Below, one piece after another: positions 20,334 to 30,253 of a DNA stretch of 64,000 bases. The notes beneath the pieces are model-generated. The model saw only the letters and a list, made by a program, of their open reading frames with translations. It did not search any database and had not been told where the DNA came from. Location: positions 3,028-67,027 of the forward strand of contig JBQTIU010000024.1 in the NCBI GenBank assembly GCA_052387815.1, in the 5' to 3' direction. Origin of the DNA: Pseudomonadota bacterium (lineage in GTDB: Bacteria; Pseudomonadota; Alphaproteobacteria; CACIAM-22H2). Numbering within the stretch: the first letter of the stretch is position 1; each line of letters begins with the position of its first letter. A program made the position numbers and the translations under genes.

Positions 20334-21577
20334 CCTCGCCTCGCATCCCCGGCCGCCGCGGCGGCCGCGCGTTCGAGCACGCGCGCCATGTCGCGCGCCT
20401 GGCGCTCGCGGCTGTAGCGCGGCGCGGCGCCAAGTGAAGCGGCGGCGAGCCGGCGCAGCAGGCCGGGATCGTCCGCGAGCCGGCGCGCCGCTCCGGCCAG
20501 CGCGCGCGCGTCTCCGGCCGGGACCCACAGGCCCGCGCCCTCGCCCTCGACGATGGCCGCCGCCTCGCCGCGCGGGGACGCCAGCAGCAGCGGAAGGCCC
20601 ATCGCCATCGCCTCGAACATCTTCGATGGGATGACGTCGGCGAACACCGCCGAATCCTTGAGATGGACGAGCGCCACGTCGCACAGGCTCCACACACGCG
20701 GCATCGTCTCCTTGGGCTGGGGCGGCGCGAACACGACGTTGCGCAAGCCACGGCGCACGGCCTCGGCCATGAGCCCGGCGCGTTCGGCCCCCGGCCCGAC
20801 CAGGAGGAAGCACAAATCCTGGCGCTCGGCGAGACGCGCGGCCGCGACGAGCAGGTTGGCAAGGCCGTGGGCCATGCCGAGCGTCCCGACATAGCCGACC
20901 ACGAACTTGCCGGTAAGGCCCCACTCGGCCGCCAGCCCCTGGTCGCGGGGCCGCGGTGCGTAGCGCGGCAGGTCGACGCCGTTGATCACCACCGCGATCT
21001 TGTCCGCCGCGATGCCGCGGCGCACGACGTCGTCCTTGAAGGCGCGGGTGAGCGCAACCACGCAGGCCGCGCGGCGGTAGAGGAACAGCTCGAGCTTTTC
21101 CACGAGCCGCAAGGCCAGGCCCGGCGCGAGCGCGCCGACCGCGGCGATCGAGGCCGGCCACAGGTCGCCGAGCTCGAAAACGAAGGGCCGGCGGCGGACC
21201 GCCGCCAGCCCCCAACCGGCCACCGCGACGAACAACTGCGGCGAGGTCGCCACCACGATGTCGGGCCGCCGCTCGACCAGCCCGCCCGCGAAACCGGTCG
21301 CCATCAGCGACAGGAAGTCGAGGGTGCGCGCGAGGACGCCCTCGTTTGGCGCCATGAAGGTCTTCATGCGCACGACCCGGATTCCCCCCATGTCCTCGAC
21401 TTGGCGCCAGCGGTTGCGGTAGCCGGGGAAAATCTTGCCGTCGGGGAAATTCGGCGCCGAGGTGATCACGCTGACCTCGTGGCCCCAGCGCACCCAGTAG
21501 CAGGCGCGCTCGAACACCCGGCTCGCCGCGGCGTTGGTCTCGGGCGGAAAGTTCTCGCTCAAGAACAGGATACGCAA
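20330..21577 (-). CDS. GT4-family glycosyltransferase (WbuB-like)
   Basis: MRILFLSENFPPETNAAASRVFE N-terminus and an EX7E-type C-terminal region (FEAMAMGLPLL). Confidence 0.8.
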   Translation of the reverse strand: MRILFLSENFPPETNAAASRVFERACYWVRWGHEVSVITSAPNFPDGKIFPGYRNRWRQVEDMGGIRVVRMKTFMAPNEGVLARTLDFLSLMATGFAGGLVERRPDIVVATSPQLFVAVAGWGLAAVRRRPFVFELGDLWPASIAAVGALAPGLALRLVEKLELFLYRRAACVVALTRAFKDDVVRRGIAADKIAVVINGVDLPRYAPRPRDQGLAAEWGLTGKFVVGYVGTLGMAHGLANLLVAAARLAERQDLCFLLVGPGAERAGLMAEAVRRGLRNVVFAPPQPKETMPRVWSLCDVALVHLKDSAVFADVIPSKMFEAMAMGLPLLLASPRGEAAAIVEGEGAGLWVPAGDARALAGAARRLADDPGLLRRLAAASLGAAPRYSRERQARDMARVLERAAAAAAGDARRG

Positions 21578-21799
21578 AAGCGGGCCACTGCGACGTGCGG
21601 AAGGAACATATTCGCTATCCTCAAGGCATGGATCGAACCGGGGTCTCCGGGACGCCCTTCAGGTCGATCGCGTATTCCGCGCGGGACGGCATGGCTGAAG
21701 CGTGCGGTGAGGACACGAGGCCCACACGCCAACCCGGCGCAGCCGCATCGTTTGACTGTCCGAGACGCTCCGCCTTCGAACCGCGCGAGATAGCACGCG

Positions 21800-22672
21800 T
21801 TGGTCGAGCCGAGCGATGCGTCCATGGCATTGGCGGATGCGGGTCGCCGAGTGGTATACACACATGGCGTGCACTGCGTGGGGCGAGTCCGAATGCGCAA
21901 ACGCCCGGGTCCTTCTTCCGAGCCAAGACCGTTCGAAATCTCCGAGCTAAGCTGGCGCGCTCGCTTTACGTACGTGGCCCATGCGGCAAAGGCGGTTTTC
22001 AAATCGTATCACCACGAGATGAGAACAGCCCTTGGCCCTCTTATCGCGTCCGATGCGGCCGTATTCGACGTCGGCGGCCACGCCGGGCAATTCGCCAAGC
22101 TTTTCGCTCGCTTGGCGCCCAAAGGACAAATTTACGTCTTTGAGCCCGGCGGCTACGCCCTGTCGATCCTGCGCCTCGCCGTCCAGCTCAATCGTCTTAA
22201 GAACGTGCATATCGTGCCCATGGGTCTCGGCGATCGACCCGACCGGCTAATCCTGAACGTACCGATCAAGTCGTCGGGGAGCTACGGCTTTGGTCTAAGC
22301 CACCTCGGCGCCCCGGCCGATAGCCGCCCTCGACGGCGTGAATACATCACCGTCACCACGATGGACCGATTCGTATCCGAATGCGGGCTGAGCCGACTGG
22401 ATCTCATCAAGGCGGACATCGAAGGCTGGGAGTTGCGCATGCTGGTCGGCGGCGCCGCCACGGTCGATAAACTGAGACCCGCGCTGTTGTTGGAAGTCAA
22501 CGATACCGCTTTGCGCCGGGCGGGCGACGATGCGGCCTCGCTGTGGCAATGGCTCACGACGCGCGACTACGTTCCATTCGCGATCGGCGCGGACGGTTCG
22601 CCGAAGCCGGTCGATGCACCCGAGGACGGCGATGTCCTTTGGCTGCCGCGCGAATGTGTCGGGCGCGGGTGA
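21800..22672 (+). CDS. FkbM-family methyltransferase
   Basis: Motif AVFDVGGHAGQFA...IYVFEPGG. It is the only plus-strand gene inside the polysaccharide locus and is convergent with the ligase-family gene. Confidence 0.7.
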   Translation: MVEPSDASMALADAGRRVVYTHGVHCVGRVRMRKRPGPSSEPRPFEISELSWRARFTYVAHAAKAVFKSYHHEMRTALGPLIASDAAVFDVGGHAGQFAKLFARLAPKGQIYVFEPGGYALSILRLAVQLNRLKNVHIVPMGLGDRPDRLILNVPIKSSGSYGFGLSHLGAPADSRPRRREYITVTTMDRFVSECGLSRLDLIKADIEGWELRMLVGGAATVDKLRPALLLEVNDTALRRAGDDAASLWQWLTTRDYVPFAIGADGSPKPVDAPEDGDVLWLPRECVGRG

Positions 22673-22889
22673 GGCGCTCGGTTCTCGATGAGCAAAAAAA
22701 CTCGCAAATTCCTCGCCCGATATCGAAGGAACCCGGTCATTCGCTTGATCGCGGATCGAGCGGAGAAGATCGTCCTCGCGTACAAAAACCTCGGCTACGA
22801 TATTCGATCCGAAGCATTTCTTCGACATCGGCGCAACCGACCGCGGTCGCTGCCAAGAGCGAGCCTGGCCGCGGAGGAGGCGCATCGCG

Positions 22890-24098
22890 CTATGCCGGCC
22901 GGATTCCGCGCAACACCGCCGCCGACAGGCTCGCGGCGATCCACAGCACGGCGATCCACCAGCTTTGCCAGATTCCATAGGACAGCAGCGCCACGCACGC
23001 CATCGACACGGCGGCGGCGCTGGCGGCGGCGAGCACCCAGCGGTCGGGAAGATGCCGGGGGAGCCGCGCCACCGGCCAGGCGAACAGGAAGGCTCCGAGG
23101 AGCGCCGCCGGCAGGCCGAGCTCGACGCGCCACTGGAGGGCCGCGCTGTGCGGATGCAGCGGCAGAATCTCGCCCTGCCCGTCGGCATCCGCGTGCCCGC
23201 CGGGCAGGGCGCGGGCGGCATCGAGGCCCCAGCCGAGCAGCGGCCGCTCGGCGATGCGATCGCGCGCGAACTCCCAGATCATCACGCGGTGATAGGCGGA
23301 CGGCGCCGCCGCGCGCAGGAATTCGGTGACGCCCGGCACCGCCCGGATCGCCCCCGGCGCCAGCGGGGCGAACAGGACGATCGCGGCGACACAAGCCGCG
23401 AGCGCCGCCGGGGCGACCCGGGGCCAGGTGGCGGCCGCCGCGCCGACCGCGAGGCCGAGGACCACGGCCAGGGTCGCGGCATCGCTCTTGAAATTGGCCA
23501 CCACGGCGAGCACGGCGAGGATCAGGACGGCAGCCGCCAGGCGGCCGAAGCGGCCGTGCACGGCATAGGCCGCCGGCCACAGCAGGATCGCCGCCACGGT
23601 GGCGCCGCGGTTGTAGGCCTGGAGCGGGAACGACGCGGCGTCGGGATGGACCAGGTGGTAGATCATCCCTTGGGTCGCGTACTCGAAGACCAGCAGCGCC
23701 AAGGCGACGACGAGGCCGGCGGCCAGCGCCTGGCCGACCCCTTGCCGCCGGTCGCTCGGCATGGTCCGCGCCGCGCCCCACAGCGCCAGCCCGAGGGCGA
23801 ACAACAGCGCCATCTGTCCCGCCTTATAGAGCGACTTGGCGGGATCGAGCGACCACAGCGCGCTCAACAGCCCCAGCGCCAGCAGCCCGAAGAGGGCCAC
23901 GGCGACCGCGCGCGGGGCGCCCGCCGCAAGCGTGCGCGGCGGAACCGCAATGAGTGCCGCGAGCGCAGCCAGCGCCAAGAGCACGGTCGCGCCGTTGGGG
24001 GCGAGCACGCCGACCGGGGCGGCCAAGAACGCCAGCGCGGTCAGCGCCCCGGCGACCAGCCCGGGGGCGAGGCAGCGCCTCACCGGGCGCGCACCCAT
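22890..24098 (-). CDS. O-antigen ligase/polymerase-family (Wzy_C domain) integral membrane protein
   Basis: About 10-12 hydrophobic segments with a large loop, consistent with the WaaL/Wzy_C family. The start at ATG 24098 overlaps the upstream stop by 1 nt (TGATG). Confidence 0.65.
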   Translation of the reverse strand: MGARPVRRCLAPGLVAGALTALAFLAAPVGVLAPNGATVLLALAALAALIAVPPRTLAAGAPRAVAVALFGLLALGLLSALWSLDPAKSLYKAGQMALLFALGLALWGAARTMPSDRRQGVGQALAAGLVVALALLVFEYATQGMIYHLVHPDAASFPLQAYNRGATVAAILLWPAAYAVHGRFGRLAAAVLILAVLAVVANFKSDAATLAVVLGLAVGAAAATWPRVAPAALAACVAAIVLFAPLAPGAIRAVPGVTEFLRAAAPSAYHRVMIWEFARDRIAERPLLGWGLDAARALPGGHADADGQGEILPLHPHSAALQWRVELGLPAALLGAFLFAWPVARLPRHLPDRWVLAAASAAAVSMACVALLSYGIWQSWWIAVLWIAASLSAAVLRGIRPA

Positions 24099-26074
24099 CA
24101 AGTCATCTCGCCGAGCGCGGATTCGGAGGCGGGCCGCGCGGGTCGGCAAGATTCGATCACGTCCGCGAGGCGCCGGGCGGTGTCGACCCACGAGAACAGG
24201 CAAGCGCGGGCGAGCGCCTTGGCGGCCAGCGAGCGGCGCAACGCCGGATCGGTGAGCAGGCGGGTCAGCACTTCCGCGATGTCGGCCGGATCATCGGGGT
24301 CGAAGAACAAGGCCGCGTCGCCGGCCACCTCGGGCATGGCCGCGGCCCGCGAGCTCGCCACCGCGGCGCCGCACGCCATCGCCTCGACCAGCGACAGCCC
24401 GAAGCTCTCGACGCTCGAGGGCATGACGAACACCGTGGCGGCGCGGAACAGCCCAACCAGGGCGTCGGGCGACTGCTCGCCGAGGAACCGCACGTGGGTT
24501 CCAAGGCCGAGGGCGTCAACCTGGTTTTGCAACTCGGCGAGATAGTCGCGGTCGATCGCCCGCCCGGCGATCCAAAGCCTCGCCTCGGGCACGCGCATCG
24601 TCACCTCGACGAAGGCCGCGATCAGTCGGTGGTAGTTCTTCTGCACGTAGATGTCGCCGACGGCGAGCACGAACGGCGGGTCGGCGGGGCCACCGCCCGG
24701 CGTATAGCGGGGATCGACGCCCATCGGGATCACCGCGATGCGGGACCCGAGCCGGCGGCCGAGGCCCAACGGCAGGGCCCGGCGCATGTATTGGCTGGCG
24801 ACCACCGCCCGCCGACAGGTGAGCAGCGACAGCGTCGTGGCGAGGACCAGGGCTCGCCAATACATCCGCTTGGCCTCCCGTCGCTCGATCGCGCCGACGG
24901 CGAGCGCGTTGCGGACCACGATCACCGGGCGGGGCGCCAGGATCGGGCCGTAATTCGCCGGCGACAACGTGACCTCCGCGCCCAGCTTGCGCGCCAGGCG
25001 TGGCAAGGCGATCTGCTCCCAAACGAGGCGACCCCAGAACCCGTGCGGGAGAGCGGTATGGACGCGGATGCGGGAATCAAGCGGACCCAAAGCGTCGCGC
25101 TGCTCGGCCAGCAGCACGAGGTCGAGGTCGAGGCGCGGATCGGCGGCGAGGTGCGGCAGCATGTTGCGCAGGTAAGTGAGCCCCCCGCCGCTGCGCCCGT
25201 GGATGCCGTTGACCAGCAATTTGAGCCGCCGCTTGCTCGGGGCGGCGGCGGGCTTCTCGAACTCGGCCACCAGGTACCAGCCGAAGCGGTGCTTGAGCCA
25301 GGCGTCGAGGAAGCCGGGGACGAGCGGCAGGATTTTTTGCTGCTGCTGGGTGGCGAACAGCCGCACGGGCTTCAATCCGGCCGCCGCGAGGCAGGCGGCC
25401 ATTTCGTTGCGGGTGAAGTGCCGGTGGTAATAGCCGTCGACGTAGAAGTCCTGGACCGTCGCCAACCTGTAGCCGGAAAACAGCTTGCCGCGGGCGACCA
25501 GCCAGAGGAGGCCCTTGAGGTAATAAACCAGGCTCCGCCGGTGATACACCATGAGAAGGCCTCGCGCTCCGGGCTTCAGGACGCGGGCGACCTCGGCGAG
25601 CGCGCGCTCGGTGCTCGGCGAATGGTGCAACACCCCCCATGAGAGCACGTAGTCGAACGCGCAATCGGCCAGGCCCAGGCGCTCGGCGTCGGCGCCCACG
25701 ACGCGCACATCGAGCCCTTGGGCAAGCGCGTTGCGAGCGGCCAGCCGCACACCCCGATCGGTGAGGTCGGCGGCGGTGACCCGGGCGCCTTCCCGCGCCA
25801 GCCGGCAGGCGAGCACGCCGGAGCCGCAGCCGAGATCGAGGACCGCGAGCCCGCACAGCGCCGCGACGTCGAAGCGCTCGCGCAAGAACGGGCTGGCGGC
25901 GAGCAGCGTGCGCTCGATGGACTCGAACTCGGCGCGGGTGCGGGGCAGCCGGTCCTTCGCCTCCCAGGCGGCATAGGTCATCGGCATCGACTCCCACCAC
26001 ATGCGGTTGCGCGCCTGTGCATCGCCCGTCACCTGCTCGGCGGCGTCGCGGGTGCGCTGAAAGACGTTCTTCAT
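24098..26074 (-). CDS. bifunctional class I SAM-methyltransferase (N-terminal) and GT4 glycosyltransferase (C-terminal)
   Basis: The N-terminal 250 aa carry the VLDLGCGSGVLACRLA SAM motif and an acidic-residue-loop motif. The C-terminal 400 aa carry a GT4 EX7E region (FGLSLVEAMACGAAV). Confidence 0.75.
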   Translation of the reverse strand: MKNVFQRTRDAAEQVTGDAQARNRMWWESMPMTYAAWEAKDRLPRTRAEFESIERTLLAASPFLRERFDVAALCGLAVLDLGCGSGVLACRLAREGARVTAADLTDRGVRLAARNALAQGLDVRVVGADAERLGLADCAFDYVLSWGVLHHSPSTERALAEVARVLKPGARGLLMVYHRRSLVYYLKGLLWLVARGKLFSGYRLATVQDFYVDGYYHRHFTRNEMAACLAAAGLKPVRLFATQQQQKILPLVPGFLDAWLKHRFGWYLVAEFEKPAAAPSKRRLKLLVNGIHGRSGGGLTYLRNMLPHLAADPRLDLDLVLLAEQRDALGPLDSRIRVHTALPHGFWGRLVWEQIALPRLARKLGAEVTLSPANYGPILAPRPVIVVRNALAVGAIERREAKRMYWRALVLATTLSLLTCRRAVVASQYMRRALPLGLGRRLGSRIAVIPMGVDPRYTPGGGPADPPFVLAVGDIYVQKNYHRLIAAFVEVTMRVPEARLWIAGRAIDRDYLAELQNQVDALGLGTHVRFLGEQSPDALVGLFRAATVFVMPSSVESFGLSLVEAMACGAAVASSRAAAMPEVAGDAALFFDPDDPADIAEVLTRLLTDPALRRSLAAKALARACLFSWVDTARRLADVIESCRPARPASESALGEMT

Positions 26075-27381
26075 ACCGTGGCCGCCCGCTTGGCGCGAGC
26101 CAACGCCGGACCGGAGGCGATGAGACCCTGATAGTCCGCGGCGATGGTCTCGATGCGGAATCCCGCCACGAAGTCGGCGGCGGTTGCGGGATCGACCGGC
26201 GGCGGATCGAGCACGAAATCGAGGGCCCGCGCCACCGCGGCCGCGGTTGGTGCGCCGCTCGCCGTCAGTGTCATCGCCGCCGGGTAGCGGGCCAGGAACT
26301 CGGCTGCGGTGTCCCCGGGCCCGCTCGCGAGGTTGAGGATCGGCTTGCCGAGGCTCGCATACTCCACCAGCTTGCTGGGCAACTGGTGCGGCGTCGCGTT
26401 GCCGATATTGACCAGCACGTCGGCCTCGCGCATGGCTTGCGCGACCTCCTCGCGCGAGACGAGGCCGTGGAGATGGAGCCGCCTTCCAACCAGCGGCCGG
26501 TAGGGTCGGAACGACTCCGCGGCATCATTGAGGCTGCCGAAGAAATGCAGGTGGAGGCCGTCGTGACGCCGCGCCAGGGCGTCGAACAGCGCCAGCAGGA
26601 AATCGGGCCGCCGCACCCTCCGGTACAGCGTGCCGACATAGACGAGGTGCCGCCCCGCCGCTCCGAGCCGCAAGCGGGCGGACGCTTGCGGCAGCGACAG
26701 CAGCGGCCCGATCACCATGATCCTACCGACGCAAGCGGCGAAGGCCGCCTCGTAGGCCCGCCGGCAGCCTTCGACGGTGACCGCGACCGCGTCCGCGCGC
26801 GCCAGGATCCCGGCTTCGGTGCGGCGGTTGAGCCGGCCGTACAGCACCCGGTTGTTGAGCGCGATATCGTCCGGCAGGCTGAACGGATCGCCGACATCGG
26901 CGAGCCAGCGCAAGGCGGGAAACTTCCGCTTGACGCCGAGCCCGACCAGGTGGCCGGTGAAGGGATGGGAAACGCTGACCAGCGCCTCGAAGTCGATCGC
27001 CTGGGCGAGCCGCCTCGCCGCGCGGAGCGCCGGCCGATACCACAGGCACGCATAGTCCGGCCACAAGACCTGTTTCAAGGTCGCATCGTAGATCGCCTTG
27101 GCCGCCCGGCCGATGAGCGCGCGGGCGGACCCGGGCGGGCTGGCGAGCGCCTCGCCGTGCGGGCGCCGGCCGATGAGGCCGCGCACGGCCTCGAGCGCGC
27201 CGCCGGCGCGGTGGATATGGACGCCGTGGCGGCGCTCGGCGGGCCGGTCGCCGCTTTTCCAGCCGCTCACGACATGGATCTCGTGCCCGCGCCCGGCCCA
27301 GTGCTCGGCGATCGCCGTCCACCGGTAGGCGCGCGGCGCGCGGTCCGGCCAATAGGCGTAGGTGACGATCAGGACCTTCAT
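26071..27381 (-). CDS. GT4-family glycosyltransferase
   Basis: MKVLIVTYAYWP N-terminus and a GT-B C-terminal domain. It has ATGA overlaps at both ends. Confidence 0.75.
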   Translation of the reverse strand: MKVLIVTYAYWPDRAPRAYRWTAIAEHWAGRGHEIHVVSGWKSGDRPAERRHGVHIHRAGGALEAVRGLIGRRPHGEALASPPGSARALIGRAAKAIYDATLKQVLWPDYACLWYRPALRAARRLAQAIDFEALVSVSHPFTGHLVGLGVKRKFPALRWLADVGDPFSLPDDIALNNRVLYGRLNRRTEAGILARADAVAVTVEGCRRAYEAAFAACVGRIMVIGPLLSLPQASARLRLGAAGRHLVYVGTLYRRVRRPDFLLALFDALARRHDGLHLHFFGSLNDAAESFRPYRPLVGRRLHLHGLVSREEVAQAMREADVLVNIGNATPHQLPSKLVEYASLGKPILNLASGPGDTAAEFLARYPAAMTLTASGAPTAAAVARALDFVLDPPPVDPATAADFVAGFRIETIAADYQGLIASGPALARAKRAATV

Positions 27382-29348
27382 CGCTTGAGCAGCACACCGT
27401 AGCCGGGCGAGATCGGAAGCGGTGGCTGGAGGCTCGCACTCGTCTCGTCGCGGCCGGTGCAAACGATCGCGGCGGGCGGTCCGGCATCGGCCTTCTCGGT
27501 GCGGTCCTCGATCACGATCGAGGTCTCGCCGACCGCCACCTGCCGCGTGATGACCTTGCCGAAGCCGCGATGGCTGCCCAAGAACCCGTCGGGCGCGAAG
27601 CGGTGGCAGCACGCCAGCGGGTCGTCGGGCAGCCAGAACAGGCCGCGGTCAAGCCGCGCCGGCTCGGCCGCGCCCAGCCGCGGCGCGAAATGCGCCTTGA
27701 CCGAGCGGTAGCGGTTCCGCGCCTCGGGGTCGGGCGTGTAGACATAGGTGCCGGGGTCGACGATCCAGTCCTCGCCGTCGATCGCCAGCTCGACCGCGAG
27801 CTGATCGTTGTGGGCGTGGCCGCCGCGCCCGCGCTGGCCGATCGCCCCGCAGCGGATGAGCAGGTAGAGCCGGCGCGAGCGATAGAGGTAGAGCCCGAAA
27901 TCGGGGAAGGCTTGCAGCGCGAGGCCGTCGCGCAGGCTGCCGCCCGGGGCGACGATCTCGATGCGGGCGAGCAGGTTGGGCGCGGCCGGGGGCGGCGAAA
28001 GGTCGAGCCGCGGGACGGCGACGGGCGGCGCCGGCGGCAGCGTGCGACCGCCGGCGAGCGCGCGCACGACCGCGGTCTCCAGGCGGTCAGGCGCGGCGTC
28101 GCCGAACAGCCCCGCTACCGCCGCGACCAGGCTGCGATGGTCGAGGGCGTCCTCGTCCCAGTAGGTCGTCCCGGGCGCAAGCCCGTTCCAGTTGGCGAGC
28201 GTGGCATAGCGCCGCTTTGCCTCGGCGACGCTGATGGCGCGATAGACCGGGGCGAGCTTGAGGAACCGGCCGCTGTCGTTGTCGCCGATCTGGGGCGAGC
28301 GGCCCGACGGCTTGGCGATCGCCTGCGTGAACCGGGCCATGCCGGCGAGGCGCCGGATGTGGCGCTCCGAAAAGGGTCCGGGCAGGATCGCGGTCGTGTA
28401 GACGACCATCTCGGCCGACAGCGCGTGATAGCAGGTCGAAGCCTCGAAATTCGAGCCGTCGTCGTTGAACTGGGCCTCGACCTCGGCCGCGAGCTCGCGG
28501 GCGGCGAAGTCGCGCCAAGCGTCGGTCTCGGGGCCGGCCGGCAGCCAGTGGGCGCAAAAGGCCAGGCCGCAAATGTCGGCGAGATAATGGTTGGCGCGCA
28601 AGCTGCCGAGGGTCTCCAGATTGGCGGCGATGTGGCGGGCGTGTTCGCGGATAGAGCGCGCGAGCACGGCCTCGAAGGCGGCATCGAAGCGCGTGCCCGC
28701 GCCCTCCAGGAGCGCGCGCGCGATGAGCCAGTTGACCGCCCGGATCGCCACATCCATGGCTGTGCGCCAGTTGCCGCCGAAGCGCGGCGGGTTGGTGGCG
28801 ATGAAGTCGAGGATCTGGTTGCGGATCTCGCGCGCGTTGGTTCCGGGGGCGGCGAACCCTGGCTCGCCGGAAGCGGCCAGGCGATAGGCGAGCGCCAGTT
28901 GCGGCAGGTGCTGCATGCGCGCGAGTTCCCACGGTACCTTGATGTCGGCGCCGGGCGCATGCCCGAAGGGCACGTCGAGATACCAGCAATCCTCCCGCCA
29001 GCGAGTGCCCGACTTGACATCGAGCTGCCAGTCGATGGGCCGGTAAGCGGGGTCGTCGATCAGCCGCCAGATGCGTTGCGCCTCGGCGAGGTTGGCGGCG
29101 TTGATCCGGCCCTCGAGCCAGGCGGCTGCATCGGCGCCCTCGCGCCCGACCTCCACCCAGCCCGAGCCCAGGAGGTCGAAGCGGTGGGCGAGATAATGCG
29201 GCGTGACCCCGGCGAGCCAGGTGCGGTGGGGGGCAATCGCCGCGAGGGGCGGCGCGAGCGGCCGCTCCAAGAGCATGCCGCCGTCTTTGGCATAAGTGGA
29301 GCGCGCGCCATCGCGCCGCCGGGCCACGAAGGCGCGGGCGTGGCGCAT
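27378..29348 (-). CDS. heparinase II/III-like (alginate-lyase-fold) protein
   Basis: Alpha/alpha-toroid plus beta-sheet pattern typical of the Hepar_II_III family (WELARMQHL..., NHYLADICGLAF..., GHAHNDQLA). The start is uncertain, either ATG 29348 or 29639. Confidence 0.6.
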   Translation of the reverse strand: MRHARAFVARRRDGARSTYAKDGGMLLERPLAPPLAAIAPHRTWLAGVTPHYLAHRFDLLGSGWVEVGREGADAAAWLEGRINAANLAEAQRIWRLIDDPAYRPIDWQLDVKSGTRWREDCWYLDVPFGHAPGADIKVPWELARMQHLPQLALAYRLAASGEPGFAAPGTNAREIRNQILDFIATNPPRFGGNWRTAMDVAIRAVNWLIARALLEGAGTRFDAAFEAVLARSIREHARHIAANLETLGSLRANHYLADICGLAFCAHWLPAGPETDAWRDFAARELAAEVEAQFNDDGSNFEASTCYHALSAEMVVYTTAILPGPFSERHIRRLAGMARFTQAIAKPSGRSPQIGDNDSGRFLKLAPVYRAISVAEAKRRYATLANWNGLAPGTTYWDEDALDHRSLVAAVAGLFGDAAPDRLETAVVRALAGGRTLPPAPPVAVPRLDLSPPPAAPNLLARIEIVAPGGSLRDGLALQAFPDFGLYLYRSRRLYLLIRCGAIGQRGRGGHAHNDQLAVELAIDGEDWIVDPGTYVYTPDPEARNRYRSVKAHFAPRLGAAEPARLDRGLFWLPDDPLACCHRFAPDGFLGSHRGFGKVITRQVAVGETSIVIEDRTEKADAGPPAAIVCTGRDETSASLQPPLPISPGYGVLLKR

Positions 29349-29419
29349 GGCAAAGCCCCCGGCCCGGCGCCAGACGGCGCCGGGCGGCAGGCGCCGGGCC
29401 TTCTCGAGAGTGGCGCGGA

Positions 29420-30253
29420 TCACCGCGGGGCCGCGGTGGCTCGCCAGCGCCGCTCGCTCAAGCGCTTGCGCCACCTGCCCCAGGCGTTGCGCCCCCGCAC
29501 CGCCCCGCTCGGCGGCCCGGCCGGCTCGAGGACGAACATCCAGTCGCTGTTCATCCAATGCGGCAGGCGGTCGGCGATGCGCGCGTTCCAGGCGACGACA
29601 AGCGGCGAGCGCAGCAGCAGGTCGAGCCCCCAGCCGCACAGGAAGGTCGAGGGCGCGTACCGGCGCACCTTGAGGCCGCTCGCCGCGAACAGGCGCACGA
29701 GCCCGCCCATGGAAAAGAAATTGACGTGCGGGCTGGTCGCAAGGGTCATCTCGGGCTCGTTCGCCTGCGGCTCGTCCAAGAGCGCGCGTTTGAGCGCGCG
29801 CAGAGGGCGCGCGAGCCCCGAGAAATGGAGGCCCAATTCGATCAGCGCCATGATCTCGAACGGGCCGTAGCCGTTCGGAGTGGTCAAGACCACGCGCCCG
29901 CTCTGGGCCAAGTTACGGCGCAGGGACACAAGGAAACCGAGCGGGTCCTCGACATGCTCCAGGACTTCGGCGGCGACGATCAGGTCGAAGACGCCGCCCC
30001 CCGGCAGCGCCGCGAAATCGTCAAAGGCGAGGTTGGGAAGCGGCGCCTGCGCGCGCGCCCAGGCGATCGAGCGCGCGTCGGTATCGACGCCGAGCACGGA
30101 GATGCCGGGGAAGGCCTTGGCGAGCGGCCGGGTGAGCTGCGCGCCGGTGCCGCAGCCGACGTCGAGGATGCGGCGGGGCGTGAGCTCGCGCACCGCGCGG
30201 GCGACGAACTCGAGCCGCTTGGCGTGCCCGTAGGCGTTCTCAGGCAGCGACAA
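29420..30253 (-). CDS. class I SAM-dependent methyltransferase
   Basis: ILDVGCGTGAQL motif I and VVLTTPN post-II region. Confidence 0.7.
   Translation of the reverse strand: MSLPENAYGHAKRLEFVARAVRELTPRRILDVGCGTGAQLTRPLAKAFPGISVLGVDTDARSIAWARAQAPLPNLAFDDFAALPGGGVFDLIVAAEVLEHVEDPLGFLVSLRRNLAQSGRVVLTTPNGYGPFEIMALIELGLHFSGLARPLRALKRALLDEPQANEPEMTLATSPHVNFFSMGGLVRLFAASGLKVRRYAPSTFLCGWGLDLLLRSPLVVAWNARIADRLPHWMNSDWMFVLEPAGPPSGAVRGRNAWGRWRKRLSERRWRATAAPR

Noticed and set aside
22673-22889. Convergent-gene spacer with short inverted repeat (CGAAG-CATTT-CTTCG) as a bidirectional terminator
   Set aside because: The stem is only 5 bp and there is no U-tract. This is too weak to call.
29349-29639. Longer N-terminus for the heparinase II/III-like protein (start 29639)
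   Set aside because: It would overlap the upstream methyltransferase gene by about 220 bp. The extension is Arg/Ala-rich, so the internal ATG at 29348 is preferred, though this is not certain.
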